The position numbers and the translations under genes are program-made. Shown piece after piece: positions 24,775 through 37,936 of a DNA stretch of 64,000 bases. The DNA comes from the human T2T-CHM13v2.0 reference genome, Homo sapiens. Position 1 is the stretch's first letter, and each line of letters starts with the position of its first letter. The notes below the pieces were generated by a model. That model made no database searches and was not told the DNA's origin. It saw only the letters and a program-made list of their open reading frames with translations. Location of the stretch: NCBI RefSeq assembly GCF_009914755.1, contig NC_060934.1. One strand, written 5' to 3'.

Positions 24775-24935
24775 CCTCCCATTGCCAGGCTGTGTGACAC
24801 CCAAGCACATTCCTTAACTGCTCTGTGTCTTAGTCCTCCTCATAAATGGAGATCACAATAGTCCACCCTCATGAGGATGAAGCTGTGTGGATGAAGCAAA
24901 GGGATTAGCATGGAGTGTTCAGAACAGCTCCTCCC
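24775..24935 (+). mobile_element. MIR fragment
   Basis: gctgtgtgac...cttaactgctctgtgtcttagtcctcctcataaatggagat. Confidence 0.65.
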
Positions 24936-25924
24936 GCACCAGGCAAACCAGCACCCAACCCTGAGTCACGAGTGACAATGCTGTCTCCCTTGCCATCGGC
25001 CTGACTTTCACCCCATCTTCATTGATGAGCACATGCTCTGTGCCAGGCAGTGCCAGGCGAGGGGATAACTGGGCTCAGTCCCTCATAGCTTTGAGAAGAC
25101 CTGTAGTATAGGCCATGCTGCTGCTGTAGGTGCCTCAAGGTGCAGCCAAGGCACAAGTGAGGGCACATGAGCTGGGAGTCGAAGGCTGAGGCAGCTTCTG
25201 CAAGGCTGAATTTGTCTTAAAGCTTCACCACCTAGGATTTTGCCCCCCAAAAAACTGAAGCTGTGCAGTTGCAAAGGCAGGCCTCCCAAATGGTGGCATT
25301 TCAGGCTTTGGAAGACAGGCAGGGAGAGGCCCTGGGGTCAAGACTTCCTCCTGGCCCCACTTACACCACACCCTTCAGGGACTCGGACCTATATGGAGTT
25401 GACCCTGGGACAGAGCCTCCTAGGTTCTTCCCAAAGTCTCACATCCTGCCTGTGTTTGGGAAGGGAGCTGGGCTGAGGCCCAGAACTCATCCACCCTGAC
25501 TCCCTTCCCAAGTCCAGTCCCCAAGCCTAGGAGGCCCACAAGGGGATGTCAAAGGTCTCCCACTACCCACTGCCCACAGCTGCCTCTCCATGCACATGCA
25601 CACACCCATGCACACACTATCCCATGCTTTTCTACCTCAGATGCACTTTCAGGGATATAACATTGAGCAGGCATCCCTGGGAATCCTGCAACCGTGGTGT
25701 CAGCCAGAGCATGCCTCAGGCAGACTAGGTGGTAAAGGAGGCTCTAGATCACCCAGCTTCCTCACTCCCTCCCCAGAAGGCAGGAATATGGTCCCCATTG
25801 AGGATGCAGCTCTCTGTGTTCTGGCCTAGTCATCACCTTCCTACTCTGAAGACTGACCTGGCCGGTGGGCTTGGTGACAGCTGCATGCCAGGTGCTGAAG
25901 CTGCATTGGCCCCAGTGCTGCCAG

Positions 25925-26300
25925 GCTGCCCCAGCTGGGTTCTCTGGGCAGCAGAGGGTGAGACAGATTTAAGAGTGCAAATGGTGTCTTGGGAGTACCA
26001 CACAGGAAGGAAAGGCAGGGAGTGGGACGGGGCAGGGAGTGTCCAGGCTGGGATGCAGCTGAGACAAGGTCTCTGCCAGGACCAGAGAGCTCTGCAGCAG
26101 GGATTTGCCATTAGGAGAGGCGCTGCTGGACAGGAACAGCTATGCCCTTGTACCACCACTCTGCTCAGTCAGTGCCTGGGGGTGGCCCCAGGAGGAGTGG
26201 CGTTGGCTAGGAAGCACCCAGAGGTTAGCCCTCAGCTAACCACACCCCGCATCTGGGCAGCAGCAAGTACTTTCTTACCGGGATCCTAGGCAGTGAGTCT
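25925..26300 (-). mobile_element. LTR16-type ERVL LTR
   Basis: ctgggttctctgggcagcagagggtgagacaga...cccttgtaccaccactctgctcagtca. Confidence 0.55.
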
Positions 26301-27574
26301 CTGTGCCTGCCATCTGGGTCTTACAGGAAAGGCAAGATGCGGTTACAATGATAGTGCCTAGTACCCAGGGGCTGGTGCACCAGGGTCCTATGGAGATGTG
26401 GGACACACCTGTCCTGGAAGGTCAGGGATAGGGCTTAACAGTGGATGAGAGGCACCCAGCAGTGGAGGAGGGTGCCCATGGCCAGGGATCTGCACAGGAA
26501 GGGTCAGGAGATGATGGCCAGTCATGGCAACACCCTGGACTATGGCTGCAGGACTGAAGCCCAGACCCTGGCCCTTTCCAGATGCTGCCAGGAGCTTTCT
26601 TGTTCTGTCGTTTCTCTTCTGTCTGAAACCATAAGAGCCTGGTGCCATCCCAAGTTCACTTCCTCTCTATCCCCATCATCTCTATTTGGAATGTGGAACC
26701 AGAACACACTGGCCCCACAGAGGGCCTCTCATTTCTTGAAACAGCCCAGGCCTTTTCTGCCCAGCCCAGGGGTGCTCATTATGGAGGCAGAGATGGTGAC
26801 GGGCGAGTTACCAACTAAACCCAAACCACCCTGGTCATGTGCAGCAGGAGGAGTTGTTGTTTTTGGCCTCAGGAGCCAGCTCAAAACCAGGGGTGATTTT
26901 GATCATATGCAGCTGTCGCAGGCCCATGTACTCCAGTTCTGCAGGCCCAGTTCAGTGAGCAAAGGGTTCGAGCTTCGGCCTGAGGGGCAGAGGGAGGCAG
27001 GGCTGGAAGGACAGGCCTCGCTGGGCCTATGCCGTACCCTGGACGGCACTACCCTTGGCTGCTCTAGGAAGGAGGAACCTGAGGGTGTGCACACAGCCCC
27101 TCAGAGAAAATCCTCATCTCCTTCTCCCAGAGTGGTGTTGGGCCCAGGCCCGGCCCCAGACTGAGGGTGGGAACAGTTCAGCCCCGAGATCCACCCGCGT
27201 CAGGCACAGCCAGGCTGCTTGGATGCTACTGCTTCTCTCCCCTCTACTCTAATTCGATTCCCTTGGGAGCCCACAAAGTTGGAACAAGAGTTATTTTCAA
27301 ATAAGAATCTTTTGCTTACCAAGTATAAGCTTCCATTCCATTAGAAAAAAATACAGGGCTCCTTCCATGAAATTTCCATTGGAAACCTGGCCTCTATTTT
27401 GAAGCAAAAGCATCTTAAGAAACTGAGTTCCCTGACTCTCTCTCGGCTCTGCCCCATCTCAGCAGGCTGACACTGGTTCCCAGCAGCCCCTCACATGCTG
27501 CTGTATGGGCACTACTCCTGGGGGCTTGTCAACACGTGCATTTGGTTTAGGAGCTTGGGGTGCCGAGACCCTGC

Positions 27575-27665
27575 AGATCTAACAAACTCTCAGCCAGCAA
27601 GCCAAGACCTACCAAGCTCTCGGTTAGATCTACCAATCTCTCAGTTAGATCAACAAGCCCTCGGG
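27575..27665 (+). repeat. Degenerate 21-bp minisatellite, ~4 units
   Basis: Units at 27575, 27605, 27626, 27647; consensus agatctaccaa.ctctc.gtt. Confidence 0.8.
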
Positions 27666-27899
27666 CAATGCCTATGATGCTGCTTCACTGGCTGCACAGT
27701 CACAGGGACCTCCCCAGAACTGCTGTGCAAAGGGTCAACTTCCCAGACCCCCAGAGGCCAATGTCTTCATGGTGCTCCTGGTGGAGCCACCAGCTGCTCC
27801 CAGCCCGGCTGCCACACAGAGAGTACGGCAGGTAGCACATGCTGGGAAGGGTCACCCACCTCCAGGCTTCACCAGACCATGGGAGACTCCAGGTTGGCA

Positions 27900-28950
27900 A
27901 AGTGAGCCAGGGAGAGGAGAGAGGAAGAGCAAGGACAGGGCCAGAGAAAACCTAACATCTAAACTACCAGCAGAGAAAAGGTGCCTGCAAAGGAAACGGA
28001 GAAGAAGCATGCTGGGAAATGTAGGGAGCACCTGCAAGGGACGTGTCACTGTGGAAACCAAGGAGGAAGTGGTTCACACTCCAGTGTTGCAGAGAATCCC
28101 TGAGAGCTTAATGCTGGAGGATGCTCCTTGGATTGAGTTCAGCCATAAGGGGCTCAATCATTGGGCTACAGTGGCTCACTGGGAGAATGGGGTAGAAGCC
28201 AGTGAGCAAAGGAAGGGGCTGGACATGAGGGAATGGGGCAAATTTGGGCTCCCTCTTTCTTCAAGAAGGAAGAGCAAGGCAGGAACCAGCAACCAAAAAG
28301 GGGTAAATAAAGAGGATGACAGGAGCAAAACTGTGCCACCAAAGCCCCAGCAAGTAGTCCTTAAGGGCAAGGGTACAGGGAGCCATCTTGAGGTTGACAG
28401 ATGGGTTGAAGAGAGAGTGTCTGCTGCTCCCACCATGGCTTTGGGCTGGAGGTGAGGCAATGCTGAGAGTGAAGGAGGAGCGTGAGTTCTGATGGTTCTG
28501 ATTCCAGACACACACACGTGGTCTGATGTTCTTCAGCAGCACCAAACAGGCCAGGTATCAGTGCTGAGAAAGGGGTGGATGGATTAATTCATGGCTGGGG
28601 TTTTGCTGGGGCCTAAACCGAAGGAAAGTAAAGCAGGAGAGACCTGCAGGAGAGTGGCTGCAGTGGTGATCTATAGAGTCTAAGCAAGCGAGGAGCAGAT
28701 GAAGGCAGTGGGGATCCAAGAGGTGGGGAGAAAGCAGAGAGAGTGATGGTCTTGGAGATTCAAGTTGTGTGTCCCAAGTAACTGATTGAGACGGTTAGAA
28801 GGGAGGAAGTTCTGGAGTAAGAAAGAACTTTTTGTTCTGGTTGATGGCATAAGTGGGTAGCAGAGAAGCAAGCACAATCATTAGAAGTGATCAAGCAAGA
28901 GATCACTGAAGGGACTTAAGTCCCAGAGGGCACTCCCAAGGGTGGCCACC
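27900..28950 (-). mobile_element. Ancient L2 ORF2 remnant
   Basis: Purine-rich; ggagagtggctgcagtggtgatctatagagtctaagc resembles antisense L2. Confidence 0.45.
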
Positions 28951-29614
28951 TGGGATAATGACTATTTAAGAACTGAGCTCAGTGGAGCTCATGACCCTGT
29001 TCCTGGGATGTGAACCCATAAAAAAAAATCACATTCTCAGTTCAGCACTCTCCTGTATTGATGAATAGCCAGACATGCGGTGGTGACATCTGAGACTAGT
29101 CCTCCACTAATAGGGAGAGACCCAGGGCTGGTCCCCGCAGCCAGATGCAAGGCACTATGGCCCCTGGGAGATGCTCCAGGGTGGCAGCTTTGCCTTCCCA
29201 GGGCAGAAGCTGTCTCTGAGGGCTGGCCTTGTCTGCCCCAATGATCCAGCAACGAGGCAGTTGCCACTGGCACACCCAGGGTGAATGTGGGCTGAGACGT
29301 CATGCAGGGCTTCAGAGCAAAACAGAAAATGCCACACAGATGAGTGCAGCCCCCATGAAGGGAGGGATTCCTGTACTTTTTTCTGCCAAAGATTCTAATC
29401 ATTTATGTCTCCTAAATTCACCTTCGGCGGCACCATTAGGTCCTATTCAACTACATGAGTGTTACACACATTATTTTATAACTTCGCAACAATGCTGAAC
29501 ATGAAAAATGTGAACCAGTTTACATGTATCTCTATATGGACACCTTTGTTTATCTAACTAGTAAAAGACATCAGTTTATTTATTTATCCTTTCTCTAAAC
29601 ATGCCCATTCAAGT

Positions 29615-30840
29615 GGAGCAACTCGATATCCACAAGCAAAGGTTCATTTGTACTCCTACCTCGTGGCGTATTCAAAAATCAACTCAAAATCAGTCAACAC
29701 CTAAATATAAGAGCTAAAACTATTAAACTCTTAGAAGAAAATATGAGAATATATAACAATCATAGTTTTGGCAAAGGATTCTTAGATATGACACCAAATA
29801 AATAGGCAACAAAAGAAAAATTAGATAAATTGGACTTTATCAAAACTTAAAACAGCTGTGCATCAAAGACCATTATCAAGGATATGAAAAGGCAAGCTAT
29901 GGAATGGGAGCAAATACCTGCAAATAATATATCTGATAGAGGCCTAACATCCATAATTTATAAAGAATTCTTATAACTTAATAATAAAAAAATTAAAAAT
30001 AGGCAAATTTCTAAATAGACATTCTCCAGGGAAGCTATATAAATGGCCAATAAGCAAATGAAAAGATGATTGACATTGTTAGTCACTGGGGAAACACAAC
30101 TTAAAACTATGAGACACTGCTTCATACTCACCAGGATGGCTTGAGTTGAAGAGACCAATAACAAGTGTTGGTAAAAAAGTGAAGAAGTTGAAACCCACTT
30201 ATGCTGCTGGGGGAAATGTAAAATTGTGCAGCCATTTTGGAGAACAGTTCGTCAGTACCTCAAAAAGTTAAAAGTAGAGTTACCATATGATATAGCAATT
30301 CCACTCCTAGGCATATATCTAAGAGAAATGATAACATCCGTCCACACAAAATCTTGTATATAAATGTTTATAGCAGCATTATTCATGAATAACAACATAA
30401 AAATCCATCAAAGGATGAAAGCATGCCCAATTTGGCTAATCCATAAGATGGAATCCTATTCAGCTATAAAAAAGGAAAAATCTTGAAAAGGTTCATGAGT
30501 GGACCAAGAAAACTAAGTGCTAAGTGCTATTATGCTAAGTGCTGTAAGATGACAGACACAAAAAGTCACATGTTGTGTTTATTTTTATATGATATATCTA
30601 GAATAAGTAGAACCACAGGGATGGGAAGCAGATTAGAGGTTACCAGGGCATGACAGGAAGTGGGATAGGGAATGATTACTTAGTTAATACAGGTGTTTTT
30701 GTAGGGTGAGGAAGAAGTTTTGAAACTAGACAGCTGGGGGTAGCACAGTGTTGAGAACACATTAAATATTATCACTGAAATATGCACTTCAAAACAGTTG
30801 ATTATATGTTATGTGAATTTCATCTTAATTTTTTTTTAAA
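29615..30840 (+). mobile_element. L1MB 3' fragment
   Basis: aaaaatcaactcaaaat...cctaaatataagagctaaaactatt...; 3'UTR ending tgtgaatttcatcttaa. Confidence 0.9.
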
Positions 30841-31225
30841 CAGAATTTTTAGGTTATGCTTAAAAGGGGAAGCAGGAACTTTTAATTATAGGATCACAGT
30901 TATCTCTGACACTCAGGATCCCTCAAATTGGGTGGCTACAAGCTAATGCATGGTGTCTATGCCAACTGGAAAATTCCAGATCCCTCACAGGTATTTACTG
31001 AATACGATAACTAAATAAAGTGAGTGGTGGGGGGACCCACAGGGGAAAGAATGGGCAATCATAAGAGGCAAATCTCCTCTAGCTTAAGTTTAGTGATTCC
31101 TTGGAAGGCATGTAACACCGGAGAGCAAACACTCATGCCCTTTCCTATGAACTTGCGAATGGACCCAGGTGTACCTGAGCTCTCAGAGACTCTGACTGCT
31201 GGGTAGAGGGACACTGGGTACTCAG

Positions 31226-31268
31226 GAATTTGTTATGGCTCCAGCTCAGGGAGGGGTGGTAGGTGGCA
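31226..31268 (+). repeat. 43-bp direct repeat, copy 1
   Basis: gaatttgttatggctccagctcagggaggggtggtaggtggca; 40/43 identical to 32008-32050. Confidence 0.9.
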
Positions 31269-32007
31269 GGTGGCCAGTGGTCTTCTGTCACCCCACCTAG
31301 GAACATACATATCTGGACACACCCCTGCGCTCTGTGGCATCTGGGACAGGGAAGATGTCACCACTTATGCTTGTTCTGCATAGCTGCTGCTCAGCAGCCT
31401 TCATCCTGCTGGCTGAGGCCCATGCCCTCTCTCTAAGGACCTCTTGGCCCAGGTCTGCAGAGATCACTGCACAGTGGACAGGACTCTGCCATTCGGGTTC
31501 TCTCCATGCCTTCAGCATGAATGCCTCCAAGGAGGAAAGCATGATCACACAGTGGCCCAGAACAGCCAAGCAGAGGCCGTGGGCAGGGTGGAGAGGGGCT
31601 GCATGGGGATGAACAGCAGGAGAGAGGGGGAAAACGGCATCACAGCTTGCACCCCCACCTGGTCAGTTCCCAGCTGAGGGCAGGAGACTCTGGCTGCAAG
31701 CAAAGAAGTTCAAGGCAGGCTCTGGTCATTTGTGCAGGGCAAAGAGGTGACTGAAGCCTCAAATCTGTGCCCCAGCAGGCTCTACCCAGCCCAGAGGTGA
31801 CCCCATTCAGCTCTGATGGGGCCGTAGCCCCAAGGCCAGGGTTTAGAGGAGAGCGCCAAGGACAAGACAGCAAGGGGGCTCAGAGAATGGAAGGGGCTGG
31901 GACTGACATCTCATGTTCCCTTAAATTGAGTCCTTGTTGCCTCCTTGCCCGAATAAAACATTAATGTTCCTCATTAATGTTCAGTTCACTAAAGATGAAG
32001 CCCGTTA

Positions 32008-32050
32008 GAATATGCTATGGCTCCAGCTCAGGGAGGGGTGGCAGGTGGCA
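32008..32050 (+). repeat. 43-bp direct repeat, copy 2
   Basis: gaatatgctatggctccagctcagggaggggtggcaggtggca. Confidence 0.9.
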
Positions 32051-32879
32051 CCCCAAATTCTAAAACCCTCAGCCTTTAGAACCAAAAGTCTCTGTAAGAT
32101 CTCGTCTTACTCTTCATGTGGGGAAAATGAGGCACAGAAGGAAAAAATGAGCTGACAACAAAAATCAGTTCAAAACTTTGTGTTTTGTCATCCAGGCCAC
32201 TTCATATTTATAGACACACGTGTCATGGCCTCAAAGCCAGGAGAAACAAAGGATGCTGATCGGAAGGAGTGAGGTCTCAGGATGGTGGATGAGAGAGAAG
32301 CAATGTCAGGAGAATGCCTAAACTCCTACAAAAGGACGTGATCCCTATGTGCGTGCCCCCATGCCCCTCCCCACCATGTGTAATGATAGGGCTTGGGGTA
32401 GGAACTGGAGCAGTGCATGAAGAGGGACTCAGCACACCAAGTGCAGGCTCTTGGTCTGTGCATTGCCATAGGCATTGGTGCGATGAGATGCTGGACTTAC
32501 ATAGGCCCTGAATCCAACTCCTCATCACCTGGGAAGAGGCGGGCCAGCAGTGTAGGGCCACAGGGAGGCATAAAAAGGGTGACATCAAAGGCTGTGCTGA
32601 GCCACTGTCGTCAACCAGCCTCACACTGCTGGTTATCCCAGAGGCTTGGAGCAGGGTTGGAGGGATGAAGCAGGCCTGGACTGCGTCCTTAGGAAGACAG
32701 AAGCCATCGTCGATGTGGCCGTTCCCTTGTCCCCTCCCTCCTGCTCCTACAGCAAGCATACCAGGGCTGACTCCTCTCCACACCGCAGCATGGAGGTGTG
32801 GAACCACCCCACAGACACCCTACACCTCCCAGGTCTGGGCAGAGAGCAGCCAGCTGGCTGCCGAGGTGTTTTTCCATGT

Positions 32880-33440
32880 GGCTGGGGGCCCGCTGCGGCT
32901 GCTCTGGCCGGGTGGTGACTCACAGCTGGCAGGACTCTGGCCTGGCGATATTTTGAGATCCGACTCCATGATGGACTGATGTGACAGCTTTGTTCTCTAG
33001 GGCCCTTTTGATTTGTGAATCTCCCTTTGTGGTTTGCTAGGGATGCTCAGACCCTGCTGTTTCTGGGCTCCAGCGACCTCTCGCTCAGCTGGGCAGGCGG
33101 GGCCGGCTACAGCGGGGGTGGCAGACAGCGAGTGGGAGCAGCAGGGCTCAGTGAGGACTGAGCCACCACCGGCCTGGGCAGCTAGAGCTGCACTTCCAGG
33201 CTGTGTTAGACTGACTGGGTGGTCGTGGAAGAATGATAAGTGCCTGCTCAGAGCCAGCTATGCATGGCCAGATCGCAAACCACAGGGCTGCCCTGCTGGG
33301 CCTGGGCCTGGGCCCAGAGCTCTCTAGAGCATCTGGGGAGGCATGGGGGTGGACCCGGAGGCTTCTGGAGACCTGCAAGGCAGCCAGCCCTTGGGAAAGA
33401 GCACTTGGGGCCTGGGACAGCCGGGCTAGCCGGAAGACTC
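32880..33440. promoter_or_regulatory. Candidate enhancer/promoter (locally CpG-enriched motif cluster)
   Basis: AP-1 32916-22, E-box 32923-28, RUNX 33028-34 and 33278-84, GC box ~33106-14, ETS 33191-97, GATA 33234-40. Confidence 0.4.
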
Positions 33441-33509
33441 AGAGCCAGTCAGCAGGGTCCGTGGGACCTCATTTGTGGCACCTGCATTGAAGGCAGGCAG
33501 GGATACAGA

Positions 33510-33698
33510 GGAGAAAGGGCTTCAGAGCCAAAGACAACTAACTGGGTTCAAATCCCAGCTCTGCTCTGGCCGGGGCTGGGGCCGTGGGCAGCTTATTTGA
33601 CTTCTAATCCCTCACTGGGAAAATAGAATCATAATACCCATCTCTCCAAGCTTTGAAAGGTTTCATGTGAGCATTAACACACACAGATGTGCTCAGAA
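33510..33698 (+). mobile_element. MIR
   Basis: ctgggttcaaatcccagctctgc B-box region. Confidence 0.7.
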
Positions 33699-33942
33699 TT
33701 CTATCTGCCCAGAAAATATAGTCCTCTACCCCTCTCTAATACACACACACACACGCACACACACCACATTCCTCCAGCTGTCTGCCTCCTTCTGTGGTCC
33801 CTGGGGTAGGAATGACTTGTTCTCAGTTTCTTTCTGGCCAGGTGTCCCTCCATACTCAGTTCCATGGATTCTTCCCAAGATTGATGTGTTCTCAGATAAA
33901 GGTGAGCCAGTTTCCAGCCACCTGCCTGAGGGCAGCTGAATT

Positions 33943-33973
33943 CACACAGACACACACACACACAGACATACAG

Positions 33974-34000
<27 letters not shown>
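33943..34000 (+). repeat. Imperfect (CA)n microsatellite (a shorter one lies at 33741-33765)
   Basis: CA run with GA/TA interruptions. Confidence 0.95.
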
Positions 34001-34004
<4 letters not shown>

Positions 34005-35454
34005 TGACTCCCAACACTAGCTCAGCAAATATTACTTAACAGGGCCTTTTTAGGTTGCTGAAAATTTCATGGTCACAGATGTTCCTTCCAGTTAAACAGT
34101 AAGCTGCTACTGGGCAAAGCTTCGTACAAAAGAGGGAAAATGCAGACCTCAAACCGAGTTTTGCTAAATGAAAGAAGGAGGAGATGGGAACTAAGGAGCT
34201 TTGCAGATCCAGCAAGATGTGACATGACCCAGGGTTTCAGGGTTTCAGCCCCAAGGCCACCACCACTTAGAGGAGATAGCACTAGAGTGTGTCCTTATGA
34301 TGCAAGATCTGGGTTGGAAGAGGCCTCATGTGTCACCCTTCCCTAGCATCATGTGATGCAGGACATCCCCAGCAGCAGCTAGAGACACTTGCCTCGGGAC
34401 CCAACCAGGGACGCAAACGCACTCCCCTTTGGGCAGCTCTCAGTGCTAACAAGTCCTCTGACTGGTGAAAACCTGTAGCAACTGAACCTTATTCCGCTGC
34501 CTGGGCCACGTAATACAGATCTGCTTCCTGTTCCTCAAGACAAGATGAGGACCCTTTACAGATTGAATGAGTCTTCTCATTCCCAAAATAAACCACGAAC
34601 CATCAGCCCACTTTTTCTGGCAGGGAAGAGTCCCAAGGGTCCCACTCTCTTCTGCAGTAAAGGACAATGCATCACTTTACAACAGGATAAGACGGCTCTG
34701 AGGAGCCTCTAGGGAGCCCGTGCTGAAAACCCTCCCCTGGGCTACCTCACCTCAGCAGCTGGGGTGCTCTATGTGGTCCTGCCAAGGGCCGGGGACTGGC
34801 CTGGTGTCTGGGAGCCTTGTCTTCACTGCCCAATCATGACGGCTTTGATCCCATGACTCTCAGCTTTTCCATCAGAATTCAGAGGGCAATAATAGCAACT
34901 GCTTGCTTGTAAAGTGCTTGGAGCTCAGAGGAGAAAAGGTGTCAGACAAGTGTAAAATGTTACTACTGGCACAGGCCAGAGGATGGAATGGAAAATCCCA
35001 GCAGAAATTGGGAACTCAGAGGAAGCCATTTGTCAGCTCCTCTGAACAAATGGATACAGGAAAAGGGGCCTTCCTCTGGCAGCCAGGCACAGCCCAGGTC
35101 AGCTGGAGGGGCTGGAGGAGATGCAGGTGAACATGAAGTGTCCTGCCTTCTGACATCAACTACTGATTTAGCAGCCATGCCTTCCACCTCAAGACCAGCT
35201 GTCCATTGCACACCCTAGGCAGGGCTGCCAGCGGATGAGCCCAGGTACCCAGAGCTCCAAGCAGTCAGCTCAGCCCTCAGAAGCCTCCTGGAGAAGAGGA
35301 CTGCAGGAACTAACCCACTGTAGCAGCCATCTGGAAGAACCAGCCCAGTTCTCAAACAAGGGTGCACCAGGCAGAAGAGCCAGTCAGCATGTAGCCGTGA
35401 AGACTGGGAAGGGCAGAGGGAAGAGGCACGAAGCACCTAGATGACGCAATGAAC

Positions 35455-35902
35455 TAAGGAAAACTTTTAAAGCACTCTAATTGCTGTTCTCAGAAATTCA
35501 GGAAACGTATACATTCATTAAAGAATCTTCTGGCAATACATCTTCTTAGACATTATAAGTGTGACCCACCAATTCCTGTCTTCAAAGTGATCATCAGTAA
35601 ATGAACTGAAAGATAAAGTCAAGGAAATCTGTCAGAACGTAGGGTAAGAAGACAAGGAGAAAGAACTTCAGATTAAAGTGACTCACATATCTTGTTAGGA
35701 TTAATGAAAAAATAAAACCATCTAACATTTTAAAACATGAAGAATAAAGAGAAAATCAGAAACATGAGACAGAAAACATCATCACCTACTAATAAGTAAG
35801 ACTGGCATCTCATTAACGAAACTTACTGTGACTACATTGTTGAAATTCCAAAACCTAGAATTTGACAGTCTCACAATCACAGTGGGAGATTTTAGCACCT
35901 AC
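35455..35902 (+). mobile_element. Old L1M ORF1/ORF2 fragment
   Basis: gaaagataaagtcaaggaaatct; acaatcacagtgggagattttagcac (IIVGDFN-like). Confidence 0.55.
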
Positions 35903-36389
35903 TGTAACTTCATCAGACCTATGTGGTTCAACTTTTATGAAACCAAGTTGTGAGTTGTTTTCAGGTTACCATGGGCCCCCAGATTGAAGGTGATGTAATC
36001 TGAGCATGCTCAGGCGAACCAAATGGACAGCCACAGGAGGAACCTCAGGGCTGGGACTGAGAAATTGGGACTGAACTGAGAAGCAGACACTGCCTGGCAG
36101 GAGCCAGGATCCAATCAGAGGAAGCTCTGGTATCACCCCATGGCAGGATCCAGTAAGATCATGCCTCCTGGCACCACCTCATTGCAAGATCCAATCAGAT
36201 CACACCTCATTACCCTATGCTTATAAAGCCTGACCCAAACCCCTGCTCGAGGAGACAGGTTTGAGAGTTTTCTCTTGCCTTCTTGCCCATTAAGCAGCTT
36301 TATTGCTGTTTTTCTTTTCTCAAAAGCTGGTGCCATGGCATTGGCCTCTATGTGAATTGGACACCAAGCCCATTGATCGCTTGGTAACA
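35903..36389 (+). mobile_element. ERV1 solo LTR (MER66-like)
   Basis: TG...CA termini; repeated gatccaatcag CCAAT units; ttataaa; attaa/tttatt region; flanks ctac/atac. Confidence 0.75.
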
Positions 36390-36586
36390 ATACCATGTTC
36401 CTAGATGGGAGGACTTAATATTATTAGGATACCAATTCCCCCCAAATGAACACAAATATTAGATTTTTCTCCTTGACTCTTGACAGTGAAAGCTTGCGTA
36501 TGAACAATTAAAGACTCCCACTGAGGATTCTGAATCTGAAACTCATACTGCAAAGAATCAGGGGATACTTTAGAATTCACTCTAGT

Positions 36587-36705
36587 TATGGTGATGGTGA
36601 TGGTGGAGATGCCAGAGGAGGGGATGGAGGGGAAGTGGCGGGAGGTGCTGGTGTTATGGGGGTGGTGGTGGAGGAGCAGGTGGTGGAGGTGATGGTAGGA
36701 TGGCA
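36587..36705 (+). repeat. GGT/GGA-rich low complexity within an old MaLR-like LTR (~36480-36970)
   Basis: ggtgatggtgatggtgg...; LTR-type end gtttctattgcttacaaccaagaac. Confidence 0.55.
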
Positions 36706-37626
36706 GCACCCAGCACCCAGAGTCTAGTGTAGACAATAGCAGCAGAATCAGAACAGCCTCTTGGCAGCAAGCGTCCAGGGCAATGTCTCCAGTGGCACCA
36801 TTTGGCTTGTTTTTGGCTCTCTGGCATCCCTCTATCCTGGCCTTTTGTCCAAGGGTTGCTTCTAAACACTACAATCTCTTACTAAGACATCCGTTATCCT
36901 TCTAAGTCTCTTTGCTGCCTATGTTTAATAAAGTAAGTTTCTATTGCTTACAACCAAGAACTCTGGGACAATGAGTCTTCCAATCTTGAGTAAAGGAAGT
37001 ATTTTGTAAGCAAGGCAGGAAACCAGAAATATTGTTTTAAAAGCAGAAGACTGACTAATTTAACCACAAAACTTGAAACAACTCAATAGGAAAAGTGAAA
37101 GCGCCAAGTTCTTAAGGGTCACAGCACAGAAGAAAGAGGAAGGCTGGTAAACATAGAATAAGATGCTCATTCTCACAAATCTTCAGATGGAAAAAATGAA
37201 ATTCCATTTTTCCCTTTAGGTTAGCACAAAAATACATAAATGATACATAATATCCAAGGTGTGACTGGGTGGGAAAATGGGGTCTCTTACAAAGCACTGG
37301 ACAATGCAAAGAGGTGACATTTTCAGCTGAATTGAAGGGTATCTCCCAGCATTCGAGGTGAGAGTTTTCTCTACTCAAAAATGTTATTTCTCAGTATTTA
37401 TCTTAATAGAAATACTTGCACAAAAGCATGAAAATATTAATAGCTGACTTATTTATAGCAGCCCCAAAGTGTAGGCAATCTAAATAGTATCAACAGGGGA
37501 TAATATTTACTTCCAAAATAACCAAAATATGGAACAAAACAAAATATGGAAAACTGAGGAGGAAGTAAAAAGTGTTTAATGGAACTATATTTACTGATCT
37601 AAAAGGCTCCTTGGTTTGGTTTATTC

Positions 37627-37936
<310 letters not shown>

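Noticed and set aside
26445-27164. 239-aa ORF, the longest in the window
   Set aside because: No recognisable domain; GC-rich CpG-poor DNA yields such ORFs by chance
27575-27665. Repeat array as CRISPR-like
   Set aside because: Eukaryotic DNA, head-to-tail units without unique spacers, no cas genes
27769-28455. 228-aa Lys/Glu/Arg-rich ORF
   Set aside because: Purine-rich antisense strand of a probable L2 remnant
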